From assembly GCA_965263295.1 (NCBI GenBank), contig OZ253665.1:1120001-1184000 (forward strand): a stretch of DNA of 64,000 nt, written 5' to 3'. The notes beneath the pieces are model-generated. The model had not been told where the DNA came from, ran no database searches, and was given only the letters and a program-made list of their open reading frames with translations. The DNA comes from Spirochaetia bacterium (GTDB lineage Bacteria; Spirochaetota; Spirochaetia; SP-2023). The translations under genes and the position numbers were made by a program. Below are positions 49,377 to 59,800 of the stretch, in pieces (the stretch's first letter is position 1; each line of letters begins with the position of its first letter).

Positions 49377-50087
49377 TTACAGCGTGTTTTTTATCCGCTC
49401 CAGGACTTTCTGATAGGCCTCTTCAATACCACCCAAGTCACGGCGAAAACGGTCTTTGTCCATCTTCTCGCCCGTGTTTTTATCCCACAGACGGCAAGTA
49501 TCTGGACTGATTTCATCGGCCAGCAAGATCTGGCCATTTTTATCTTTGCCAAACTCAAGCTTGCAATCCACCAATGTCAGGCCCATGTTGTCAAAAATCT
49601 GGCTCAGGAGAACATTTATGCGGCGGGCCGTGCGTTCAATCTCGTTCAGTTCATTGTAGGTGCTGAGCCTGAGGGCTACGGCGTGATGTTCATTGATTAA
49701 CGGATCTCCCAGATCGTCATTCTTGTAGCAAAGTTCATAAATCAGGTTCAATGGCCGGGTCCCTTCTTCAATGTTGAGGCGTCGGGACATGGAACCCGCA
49801 ATCAAGTTGCGCATAATCACTTCCACAGGAATGATATCCACGCGATGACACAACTGCTCGCGCTCACTCTGCTTACGGATAAGATGGGTGGCGATGCCGC
49901 AGTTGTCCAGGAACTGGTAGAGTAGCAAGCTCATATTGTTGTTGACCTCACCTTTACCCAGGATACTGCCTTTTTTGGCACCGTTATCGGCTGTGGCATC
50001 ATCTTTATAGTAAATTAAAACTTGCTCCGGATCTTCCGTGCTGTAAATTTTTTTAGCCTTACCTTCGTAGATTAGATCTTTTTTCAT
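49377..50087 (-). CDS. purC: SAICAR synthetase
   Basis: YEGKAK, KDDATA, KNDDLGDP, DCKLEFG, ADEISPDTCRLWD, DKDRFR. Confidence 0.98.
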   Translation of the reverse strand: MKKDLIYEGKAKKIYSTEDPEQVLIYYKDDATADNGAKKGSILGKGEVNNNMSLLLYQFLDNCGIATHLIRKQSEREQLCHRVDIIPVEVIMRNLIAGSMSRRLNIEEGTRPLNLIYELCYKNDDLGDPLINEHHAVALRLSTYNELNEIERTARRINVLLSQIFDNMGLTLVDCKLEFGKDKNGQILLADEISPDTCRLWDKNTGEKMDKDRFRRDLGGIEEAYQKVLERIKNTL

Positions 50088-50142
50088 CGATCAGGTTCTC
50101 CTCGTTTGAATTCTAGAAACAGACAATCCGTAGATCATGAAA

Positions 50143-50628
50143 TTATAAATCTTGAAAAGGGTCACCCTGGTTCTGCTCTAAGTAATTTTTTTTCATTTCG
50201 TGGCGAAATTGCCGCAGTTTCTGTTTGACTTCGGGGTATTTCAGGGCAAGAATTTCTACTGCCAACATGGCAGCATTGTAGGCGTTGCCGATGCCCACAG
50301 TAGCCACAGGTATGGGTTTGGGCATCTGGATCATCGAGTAGAGCGAGTCCAGGCCATCAATCGCATCGGGCATAGGCACACCGATAACGGGCAGTGTGGT
50401 ATGGGCGGCGATTACGCCTGGAAGATGGGCAGCCAGCCCGGCAGCGGCAATAATACACTCCGTACCATTGACTTCGGTATTTTTTAAAGTCTCTACTAAC
50501 ACTTCCGGCACTCGATGGGCCGACAGAATATAGGCATCATGAGAGATCCCAAATTCAGCTAGACAGTCGACGGCAGGTTTAAGGCTGGCAGCATTATTTT
50601 TACTGCCCATGAAAATAGCAATCTTCAT
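50143..50628 (-). CDS. purE: N5-CAIR mutase (class I-type PurE)
   Basis: SAHRVP, AGLAAHLPG, PVIGVP, QMP, PVATV; GGAG RBS before ATG 50628. Confidence 0.95.
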   Translation of the reverse strand: MKIAIFMGSKNNAASLKPAVDCLAEFGISHDAYILSAHRVPEVLVETLKNTEVNGTECIIAAAGLAAHLPGVIAAHTTLPVIGVPMPDAIDGLDSLYSMIQMPKPIPVATVGIGNAYNAAMLAVEILALKYPEVKQKLRQFRHEMKKNYLEQNQGDPFQDL

Positions 50629-51184
50629 ATATGCTTCTCCAGACATATGTATTGGCTCTCTGCCCGTCCATCACTCTGAGCCCCACGCCGAGGGAAGATT
50701 AGGAACATTACAGACTAGGAAAACCGATTGGCATACGCAATCAATATACTGTTTATGCTTAAAAAAAGAAAGCCCTGTAACAGTGTGACCGTTCGAGAAT
50801 TGGAACTCTTGAAGTATTTTTATCCAATAATCAAGTGGGAGATAAATAAATCGCATTAGCTATCAATATTCTTGTCTAATACACTATCTTTGTCTACCGA
50901 CTCGCAAATTGCAGAAGACATATGAATCAACGGACAAAAATATGATACTTGGCCAAGCCTGTACAAGATCTTGCTTACAGATTGTGAAGTCATTAACATT
51001 GGCCCACTTATCTCTCAGAAAGTCTGCGGGACAATACTTCATATAATACCATCTTTAACTCGTTCCAGAATTCTGAGTCGTTCTGCAGAACTACCGGCCG
51101 GCTTAAGCCACACTTTCCCGCCGACAACAGAGGGCAAAGTTTCAAATGCAATTTAATACCTTGTGAAGGAATAAAATCCAAACC

Positions 51185-52525
51185 ATGCTTAAGCGTTCCA
51201 AACTTGGCCGATATAGCCGAAATGAACAAGGCAAGATTATCAGAGTCGCTGATATTTATACCGCAGAAGACCATCAGATCGACATAGCCAAAATTGACAA
51301 GGAAGTTTTTCAGATTGCCGGCCAGTTAAAGGGTCGGGGTTACGGGGCTTATCTGGTGGGCGGCGCTGTTCGCGATCTACTTCTCGGCAGCCGCCCCAAG
51401 GATTTTGACATCGTCACTGATGCTGTACCTTCGGAGATTCGTAGTTTTATTAAAAACTCGCGTATTATTGGCAAACGCTTTCGACTGGTCCATATTTTTT
51501 ATCCGGGAGGCAAAATCATTGAGGTTATTACCTTCCGCGCCCTCGATTCCAGTGCCCACAATCCGCTCTACGGTAGTATCGAAGAAGATGTAAAGCGCAG
51601 GGACTTTACTGTCAATGCCCTGTATTACGACTTGAACAATACACAGATACTTGACTTTGTCGGTGCCATGGCGGATTTTCGAAAGCAGCAGATGCGTAAT
51701 ATTATTCCCTTGCCGCAGATATTCAAGGAAGATCCAGTGCGCATAATTCGTTGTATAAAGTATGCCGCCAAGACAGGTTTCAAGATCCCCCAAAAAATCG
51801 TATTGCAAATTTGCCGCGACTCTAAGTTTTTGTACGAATGTTCTAAATCAAGACTAGCTGAAGAGTTGAGTAAAATCCTCAGCTCGGAACAATGCGCGGA
51901 TATTATCGCCGGCCTACAGCAATATAATATTTTGGAAATATTATTGCCTTGTCTTAATTTTAAGGATTTCCCCAGTGCCTATACTGTAGATTTTTCTCAG
52001 AATATGCGAGAATGGCAAAAACGTTTACAAATTCACCTCCAAGCCTTGGAAGAAGTGGAAGCCATACGCAAGAGGCAGCCGCAGCGCCGCCAGCGCCGAC
52101 GCAGAAAAGAGGAGATGGTCAAGGCTGAGGCATCAATAGAAATTGAAGGTTACTTGGGTAATAATCTCGTTGGTGTGGGCCTGTCATATTTATTTAGTGC
52201 TTATTTTACTTATTCCGGACTGTGGATCCGCTTGTTGGAACTAAGTGGGGAAGAGCGCTGTTTAGAGGCTTATCTCCACATCAAGGAATGTCTGAATGAT
52301 TTGAATATAGCGAATATTGAGGTTTCAACAGCTTGTAAATATTTGTTTGAACGCGAAGGACTGCCCTTTCTACCACGCCTGATCCTGAAAAAATATAGCC
52401 GCTTAGATAGCCTAGGGAGTGCCGGCAATTCAGAGTACTCAAATAGAACATCAGGCCGTCAGCGCCGCAGGCGACACATGGATAACAGGTTGGAAGAAGC
52501 CACAGGAGTTGGCAGTGATCATTAA
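51185..52525 (+). CDS. pcnB: Poly(A) polymerase I
   Basis: VGGAVRD, PKDFD, PAP signature IIGKRFRLVHI, RRDFTVNAL, EDPVR; Arg-rich tail. Confidence 0.9.
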   Translation: MLKRSKLGRYSRNEQGKIIRVADIYTAEDHQIDIAKIDKEVFQIAGQLKGRGYGAYLVGGAVRDLLLGSRPKDFDIVTDAVPSEIRSFIKNSRIIGKRFRLVHIFYPGGKIIEVITFRALDSSAHNPLYGSIEEDVKRRDFTVNALYYDLNNTQILDFVGAMADFRKQQMRNIIPLPQIFKEDPVRIIRCIKYAAKTGFKIPQKIVLQICRDSKFLYECSKSRLAEELSKILSSEQCADIIAGLQQYNILEILLPCLNFKDFPSAYTVDFSQNMREWQKRLQIHLQALEEVEAIRKRQPQRRQRRRRKEEMVKAEASIEIEGYLGNNLVGVGLSYLFSAYFTYSGLWIRLLELSGEERCLEAYLHIKECLNDLNIANIEVSTACKYLFEREGLPFLPRLILKKYSRLDSLGSAGNSEYSNRTSGRQRRRRHMDNRLEEATGVGSDH

Positions 52526-52555
52526 AAACAGTGTGTACGGATCGGAAGGCGAGCT

Positions 52556-53755
52556 ATGCAAGCCGCAGCAAATATAGAAGCTCGCTCACAGCACTATCTG
52601 CGCGAAGTTTTTGGCCTCAAGCCCGAGCGTGAGGTTGTGGTGCTGCTCTCTGGCGGTGTCGACAGCTCTGTGGTACTGGCTATTCTGCGGCGCTACGGTT
52701 GTCAGAATATTTCCGCGTATTATTTGAAAATATGGTTTCAAGAAGATGCCCATTTCTTGGGTGATTGTCCTTGGGAAGCCGATCTCCATTATGCCGCTGC
52801 AGTTTGCGAACAGTTTGATGTGCCACTGCATGTCCTGCCTATGCAACAGGAATATTATCAGCATGTCGTCGAATACACCTTGAATGAACTGCGCCGTGGC
52901 CATACGCCCAGCCCCGACTTGTTCTGCAATCAATTCGTCAAATTTGGCGCTTTTTGCGACTTCTTGCGACAGCGTTACCAAGGAAGACCAATTCCCCTGA
53001 TTGCCAGCGGCCATTACGCCTTACTTCGCCCTTGGGCGGAAAGCGGGGAAGTCCTTTTGCAGCAGGCGCCCGACTTGGTCAAGGATCAGAGTTACTTCCT
53101 TGCGCGCCTGTCTCAGCAGCAGCTGCAGGGCTTGCTCTTCCCTTTAGGTTGTCTGCAGAAGTTTGAGGTCCGCCAACTCGCCGAAGCGTGGGGTCTGGCG
53201 ACAGCTCGGCGCAAGGATAGTCAGGGCATTTGCTTCTTGGGTAAGGTGAAGTTCCGCGATTTTGCTTTTCATTATCTCGGCCACAGAGCGGGGCCCATCC
53301 TGGACTTTGACAGCGATAATGTTCTGGGAGAGCATCAGGGCCTTTGGTTCTATACCATCGGTCAGCGGCAGGGATTGGGCCTGGGCTCAGGGCCCTGGTT
53401 TGTCTATAGCAAAGACATGGACAAAGATATTCTCTATGTGCGTCATGCGGACAAGTTGTCTGAGTCAGCCAGCCAGTCTTGTGAGCAATTTCACATCGCC
53501 GAGCCGAGCTGGCTGCAAAGTCGCGCGGCTTGGGACTTGTTGCGGCGGCGGCGACCCAAAGGTCGGCTGCGGCTGAAACTGCGTCATGGTCCAGTTAAAA
53601 TCCCCTGTGAGCTGGAGCGCTCTGGCGCCGGCTGGCGTGTGCGCATGGAAAGTGGCGATCGCGGGGTAGCGCCTGGCCAGTTCGCCATATTTTACTGGGA
53701 TGAAGTCTGTTTAGGTAGCGCTGGCATTACTCAGCCTGAGCTTTGCCATGAGTAA
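52556..53755 (+). CDS. mnmA: tRNA 2-thiouridine(34) synthase
   Basis: SGGVDS, TPSPDLFCN, ASGHYA, KDQSYFL, KDSQGICF, TIGQRQG, APGQ. Confidence 0.96.
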   Translation: MQAAANIEARSQHYLREVFGLKPEREVVVLLSGGVDSSVVLAILRRYGCQNISAYYLKIWFQEDAHFLGDCPWEADLHYAAAVCEQFDVPLHVLPMQQEYYQHVVEYTLNELRRGHTPSPDLFCNQFVKFGAFCDFLRQRYQGRPIPLIASGHYALLRPWAESGEVLLQQAPDLVKDQSYFLARLSQQQLQGLLFPLGCLQKFEVRQLAEAWGLATARRKDSQGICFLGKVKFRDFAFHYLGHRAGPILDFDSDNVLGEHQGLWFYTIGQRQGLGLGSGPWFVYSKDMDKDILYVRHADKLSESASQSCEQFHIAEPSWLQSRAAWDLLRRRRPKGRLRLKLRHGPVKIPCELERSGAGWRVRMESGDRGVAPGQFAIFYWDEVCLGSAGITQPELCHE

Positions 53756-54239
53756 AGTGCAGCTAAAAGTTGTATTATTTCAACCAGAAATTCCACATAA
53801 TGCCGGAGCCGCCATTCGGCTATGTGCCGGTATGAACGCAGAATTACACCTGATCCGTCCTCTCGGTTTTAGCGTTAGCGACAAGCATCTAAGACGCGTG
53901 GCTTTGGGTTATCATGAAGTCTTAAACCCGACACTGCACAGTGACATGAGCCAGTTCCTCGACTCTGTGACACAAGATGAGGAACTTTACTTGTTTTCCA
54001 GTAAGGCCAGGCGACAGTTGGATCAAATTAAAATAGGCAGGCGATCGGCTCTGCTGTTTGGCTCTGAGAGTCAGGGTTTTAAAGCTGTGCCTGCGGCAAC
54101 TCAGCTTCGTTTGGCGCAGCGAGCTCGCAGCGTAAAAATTCTTCAAGCTCCTGGCTTTCGTTGCCATAACCTCAGTAATAGTATTGCCATGGGGGCATAT
54201 GAGGTCATGCGGCAATGGAATTTTCCGGGGTTGTGTTGA
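53748..54239 (+). CDS. trmL: tRNA (cytidine/uridine-34 2'-O)-methyltransferase, SpoU family
   Basis: PEIPHNAG, LHLIRPLGF, FGSESQG, NLSNS.A...YE. Confidence 0.88.
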   Translation: MSKVQLKVVLFQPEIPHNAGAAIRLCAGMNAELHLIRPLGFSVSDKHLRRVALGYHEVLNPTLHSDMSQFLDSVTQDEELYLFSSKARRQLDQIKIGRRSALLFGSESQGFKAVPAATQLRLAQRARSVKILQAPGFRCHNLSNSIAMGAYEVMRQWNFPGLC

Positions 54240-54372
54240 TTTTAGTACGGCGTGATCGCAGAAATAATAATTGAAGAAATAATATTTCTGATTTACCCTT
54301 AAAGTACGAGAGGCAGACAGAACGACTAAAAAACAGTAAAATTGTCTTAAATTCATGTGGGAGGATGCTGCA

Positions 54373-55005
54373 ATGAATATAATGCTTTTAGGGACACCAG
54401 GATCTGGCAAGGGTACTTTGGCCCAGAGCTTAAGTGCTGAGATTAAAGTCCCACATATTTCTACGGGAGATATATTTCGCGCCGCCATTCGCAAACAGAC
54501 CAAGCTGGGACTTGAAGTTAAGGCCATTCTGGCCTCAGGCAAGCTGGTTTCCGACGAGTTGACCTGTAGTATTGTCTTTGAGCGCCTCCAGGAAGCGGAT
54601 GCCCAGCGGGGCTTCATCCTTGACGGCTTCCCACGCACTATTCCTCAGGCCCAGAACTTCGATCAGAAGCTGCAACTAGACGCCGTGTTGCTGCTTGAGT
54701 TAGATGAAGAGACTAACATCAAGCGTTTGACCGAGCGCCTGATCTGCCCAGACTGCGGTGAAATCTATCACTTAAGTTTTCGTCCCACCCGAGTCAAAGG
54801 CGTTTGCGATAAATGTGGCGGGAAGCCCAAGCAGCGCCCGGATGATCATATTGACGTGGTACACAAGCGCCTGAATGAGTATGAACGACAGACAGCCCCG
54901 TTAATCAACCACTATGAAGGTCTAGGCAAAATCAGGCGTTTTAGTGCTTTACAAAGCCCAGCCGAGCTACTTGCTACCGTACAGGGCTTGCTGAAAAACC
55001 TCTAG
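54373..55005 (+). CDS. adk: Adenylate kinase with zinc-type LID
   Basis: GTPGSGKGT, HISTGDIFR, LDGFPRT, CPDC...CDKC; GGAGG RBS before ATG 54373. Confidence 0.96.
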   Translation: MNIMLLGTPGSGKGTLAQSLSAEIKVPHISTGDIFRAAIRKQTKLGLEVKAILASGKLVSDELTCSIVFERLQEADAQRGFILDGFPRTIPQAQNFDQKLQLDAVLLLELDEETNIKRLTERLICPDCGEIYHLSFRPTRVKGVCDKCGGKPKQRPDDHIDVVHKRLNEYERQTAPLINHYEGLGKIRRFSALQSPAELLATVQGLLKNL

Positions 55006-55061
55006 AAAACCGTCAGCTGCCATCCGGATCTGACGGCAAAGCAAATCGGAAGGGGAAAATC

Positions 55062-56828
55062 TTGTCTGATCCAGCTCGCGGTTTTACTCAAATGCTGCAA
55101 CAAGACTTGCAGACGCAGCTCAATACATGCTTGGTCCGTTTTGAGTACGATGTCAGTCGGCGCCTGGGACAGAATACTTTGCAGAAATTACAGAAGAATG
55201 GTTTAGATTTATTGCGCAGTGGTCGGGAGACATTGCAATGCTTGTTTGAAGAACTTCACCGCGCCTTTGGTTTGGCGCAAGGTGCATACAGTTTGGAGTT
55301 CTCGTGGGATAGTGGCCGTTATCGCAATGCCGACCGTCCTCGCTACGTTGAAGATGGCTATATCAAATTGCATCTGCCAGAACGCCAGATTTATCGCTAC
55401 CTGTTACAACAAAAGAGTAGTTATAAAGTCATGTCTGAACTCCTGACCGATCACGTTATTCGCTACATTGAAAAGGCTTACTACCGCATTGAACAACATT
55501 GGCAGGCATTCCAGAGCCATTATATGGTCATGGATGCTCGGAAACCCGTAAGTGCTGCAGATCAATCTGAAGATTGGCCCACAAAAAATTCTACTCAATA
55601 TAGCCGGCAGCATAATATTTCGCTGGATGAGGGCGAGATGACTGACTCCGTCATTGACGACAATCCCACTCCGTCAGATACTCCGCCGGCAGCCATGGAC
55701 ATTCCCCAAGGTGTCCAGAAGGCGACAATTGGCGACACGGCAGCCCAGATTGCGCAGAGGCATCGACGTATTCAACAACTTCAGGTCATTGGACGGGCCT
55801 TCTGGCAAGACAATTTCACATTTGCCTTGGCCCAACTGTTTCTGGACCTGCCGGGGGGGGGCCAAAGGCCTCCCACGGAATTTAGCTCTAGTGGGAATGC
55901 TGCGAGAAGCTTTTATAACTCGGCGGGGCAGGCTTGGGCGGCCTTTCCGGCACAGGCGCGGCAACAAATCGCGTTTGCGCCGTATTACATTGCATTGATG
56001 CAAGAACTGGAATCTCGTTGTAACTTGGCGCAACAACGTCAGAACTTGCTGCAAAATTTGCGCAATCTATTTGAACAAAGCTTGACGACGGCGAAGTTCC
56101 CATTGCAAGGCTTGCAGAATAGAGCTGTGGCGGATAATGGCACGGATGGCAACGATAACGAGTTTTTCTACAGCGAGTATCCAGATATTCAGTCCAGTGC
56201 AAGTGCCGGAGATTTGCCAGATGAATTGGCCCATCTCTGTTTGCGTTATGCCAGTGAAAATTATCTTGAGCGCGCGCAGCTTGAACTTGAAGAGAAATTT
56301 ATTGCCTTGTCACAGCGCATTCAGCGCTTTTTTTCTGTCGTTAGACACAGGACTCGCTTTAAGTGGTTGCAGGCTCTACCGTTTCTTTTACAACGTTTTG
56401 TGTTTCGCTCGCGCCAGTATAGATCAAAGGAAGCCCAAGGAAGTTCCCAAGGAGCTTCCCAGGGAGCTTTACGGCTAGAGCACAATGCGGCCGTGGACAA
56501 ATTGTTAAATGAGCTTGGCGAAGAGCGGGGGCAGCAGCATCGCAATTATGAGTTGCGACTGCTGCTGGAGCAGCTGCGGAAGGCGGATATCGCCCTGCAA
56601 TACCAGTTACAGTTCCATGCCAATCGCAGGCACTATAAGTTGTTTAAAGAACTGCAACAATTGCGCCGTCAATTACTGGGGCTGTATTACCAGGGCGCGA
56701 GACGCAGCGAGGCCGGTATTGAGCTTGTGGCGCATTACCGCACAGTGCACAATCGCCGTGAGACGGCTTTGCGACTCGAACAGTTGTTGCAGGAATTTCG
56801 CGCCAACTGCCGGCTGCTTAATTGGTGA
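55062..56828 (+). CDS. Hypothetical helical protein
   Basis: 588-codon ORF filling the gap between adk and purL; no family recognised. Confidence 0.65.
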   Translation: MSDPARGFTQMLQQDLQTQLNTCLVRFEYDVSRRLGQNTLQKLQKNGLDLLRSGRETLQCLFEELHRAFGLAQGAYSLEFSWDSGRYRNADRPRYVEDGYIKLHLPERQIYRYLLQQKSSYKVMSELLTDHVIRYIEKAYYRIEQHWQAFQSHYMVMDARKPVSAADQSEDWPTKNSTQYSRQHNISLDEGEMTDSVIDDNPTPSDTPPAAMDIPQGVQKATIGDTAAQIAQRHRRIQQLQVIGRAFWQDNFTFALAQLFLDLPGGGQRPPTEFSSSGNAARSFYNSAGQAWAAFPAQARQQIAFAPYYIALMQELESRCNLAQQRQNLLQNLRNLFEQSLTTAKFPLQGLQNRAVADNGTDGNDNEFFYSEYPDIQSSASAGDLPDELAHLCLRYASENYLERAQLELEEKFIALSQRIQRFFSVVRHRTRFKWLQALPFLLQRFVFRSRQYRSKEAQGSSQGASQGALRLEHNAAVDKLLNELGEERGQQHRNYELRLLLEQLRKADIALQYQLQFHANRRHYKLFKELQQLRRQLLGLYYQGARRSEAGIELVAHYRTVHNRRETALRLEQLLQEFRANCRLLNW

Positions 56829-56863
56829 TAGAATTTGCAAACGAGGGGACAGCGTTGTTGGCT

Positions 56864-59800
56864 TTAAAGAAAATATTCCAAGCCGTTGCGGAAGATATCC
56901 TGATTTAGGGAAAACTGCGCCCGATCGTGCGGCATATTGCGGTACAGCATCGGTCCCTGGCGCTCGGAGTGGGCCATCTTGCCAAGAATACGGCCATCGG
57001 CAGAACACAGGGCTTCAATTCCGGCGAAAGAGCCGTTGACATCGCGGTGATAGACAGCTGCGACTTGTCGTTTTGAAAGCAGTTGTTGCAGTAAGGCTTC
57101 GGGTAACTGCAGTCGGCCCTCTCCGTGGGAGATCGGCAGTAGAAAGTCCTTGCCGCTCATGTGAGAAAGCCAGGGAGAAGGGGTCGGACAAACGCGGCAC
57201 AGTTCCAGATCGGCGATGTGGCGCCCCTGGCGATTGCGCATAATATTTAAGCCTTCGCGGCCATAGGCCGCCCCTTGGCACCATTCGCGGCCATACGGCA
57301 ACAGCCCGCTTTTAATCAGCGCCTGAAAACCGTTGCAAATACCGAGTATCAAGCCTTCGTCGCACAGCAGCTGGTCAATGGCACGAGCAATTTGCGGTTC
57401 CCGCAGCACGGAGGCGATGAACTTGGCGCTACCGTCTGGCTCATCGCCCGCACTGAAGCCGCCGGGCAAGGCCAGAATTTGCGCCCCTTCCAGCTCACGG
57501 GAAAGTTGGGCCAAGGATTCCTGTAGGTGTTTTGCGCTCAGCAAATTGATAATAGGACTACATTGCTCTAGTTGCAGCCATTTTCCGCCGCGCCGCAATT
57601 GAGCTGCGGCGCAGGCAAAGGCTTGCTGCATGTCGTCTTCACTGTTGCTGCCGGGGAAAACAGGAACCACCAAGCGGATTTTCCGGCGCTTGCCTCTCGC
57701 ATAGATTGAAGGGGCTGGCGCAGGCCGGCTGCGGGCTTGCGCCAGTAGCTCCTGTTGGAGTTTGCCACAACGCTTGCCCTGTTTATCATCGCCTTCTTCT
57801 GGACGGAGCTGCTTTGGAGCGTCGGCCTCAAGTGGGTAGTAGCCGACTTCGTTTTCGTAACGGCACCAAGCCCGGTAGGCCGGCGAACGGGCATCCAGGG
57901 CTAGCCTGCCACCAGCGAAGAAAATGGCCTCATCGCCCAGGCGACAGTCCTCAAGGTGCCCCAAGTCCCGCAGCCAAGGACAATCTGGCAGAGGCTGCGA
58001 ACTGGCCAGCAATACAGCGCTAAAACTCGGATCGGCCGCATATGGCTGCCAATAATTAGTTTCCCATATTTTTAAAATTATGCGTTTGGGCGTTGAGCCA
58101 AAGGCAAAAAGAGCCATGGCAGCGGCGATGCCCTCAATTCCGATCAAACGGGCCGCAACTTGGATATCGCTGTGTTGCTTCAAGATTTCCAGATAACTCC
58201 AGTATTCTGCAATCCGCTCGTAGTCTGGATTCTGCAGTAGCGGGAGATTGTCTGCGGGCTGGCCGAGCAGATAGAGGTGGCGGGCGCCAGCTTGCCAGTT
58301 CGCGGCACGCAGTGCACTGCAGGGCGCCGTACTGACTGAAAAGGAGCACAAAACTGGCGGGACCTGTAGCTCTTCAAAGTTGCCGCTCATGCTATCCTTG
58401 CCGCCGATGGCCGCAAGGCCAAGTTTGTGCTGGGCCTGCAGGGCACCGAGCAAAGCGGCACTAGCCTGCCCCCAGAGTTCTGCACTTTCTAGACGCGGGA
58501 AATATTCCTGTAGCGACAGGTAGCTATCGCCGCGCTCAGCGCCGGCGGCCAGCAATTTGCCAACGGACTGAACGATGGCGACTTGGGCACCGAGGAAACT
58601 GTTATGACAGCTCAAGTGCGCATCGTAGGCGAAACTAAGCAGCGACACACTGCGCGACTCAGTGTGCCGGTAGTCATCGTCATTTGTTTGAAGTTTTCTC
58701 GCCTGGCTCCAATAATGCAGCGGGATTGTTTGAGCGGATACTTCGCTGCGGCCATGCGTAACCGCGGCGGCGGCTTCAGCCGCCTGAGGCGCATACGGAT
58801 AGGGCTGGAACACAGTTGACGCCCCTACGCTACTGTCAAACATGTTTTGCAGGCCCCTCTGGCTGGCGACCTGAGGCTGTGCCAAAATCTGGCACAAGGC
58901 CCTTTCTCGATCTTGCGCCCATCTTTGTCCTTGGACTTGCTGCGGGTCGATATCCCGAATTAGATCGGCCGCCAATATAGACGGCTGGTAAGGCCTCAGA
59001 TAACTGTTGTCGAAACAGACCTTGGCACTGCGGGCAAAACCAGCACTCTCGAGGAAGTCGCGCTGTAGCTTGGCAACTTCTTCTGTATGATAGAGCAGGC
59101 GCAATCGGGCTCGCCCGCCTCCTTGCTCTCCTTCTTTCCCTCCCTTCACCCCGTTTTTCCCCCCGCCTTGAACCTGACCCAGCTGCACGACAGAAATCCC
59201 CTCGCTCTCAGCTTTTTGGCGGAACTCCTCCCAGCGACTGGCATCGATAACCACAGCCATTCTCTCCTGGGACTCGGAAACGGCGAGTTCGGCCGGCATA
59301 AGCCCGCCGTATTTAGTCGGCATGGCCGAGAGCTCAATTTCAAGGCTCTCGGCAATCTCGCCAACAGCCACGGCAAGCCCGCCGGCACCAAAGTCATTGC
59401 AACGTTTAATCAGATTTCCGACATCCTGACGGCGGAAAAAGCGCTGGAGTTTGCGCTCCTCAATCGGATTGCCACGTTGGACTTCGGCACTGCTGCCCGC
59501 GACAGTCAGGCTGTCGTGGGCAGCGCTAGAGCCAGAGGCGCCACCGATGCCGTCGCGGCCTGTAGGCCCGCCGAGCAACAAGACCAGATCGCCCGGACGG
59601 GGTTCCAGGCGCCTGACTTGCCGCGGATCAGCGACTCCGACGGCCACACCGCATTCAAATCGCTTGGCCTCAAAGCCGGGGTGGTAGATTTCGCGCACTA
59701 GGTTGTTGGCCAGGCCAATACAGTTGCCGTAGTCAGAAAATCCGCGCGCGGCTTCAGCGGCGATCTTGCGTTGGGGCAGTTTGCCGGGCCGCGCTTGATT

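Noticed and set aside
50629..51184. Purine, ZTP or PRPP riboswitch upstream of purE (also checked upstream of purL and nhaC)
   Set aside because: Could not find the conserved cores by eye; an Rfam covariance search would be needed to exclude them.
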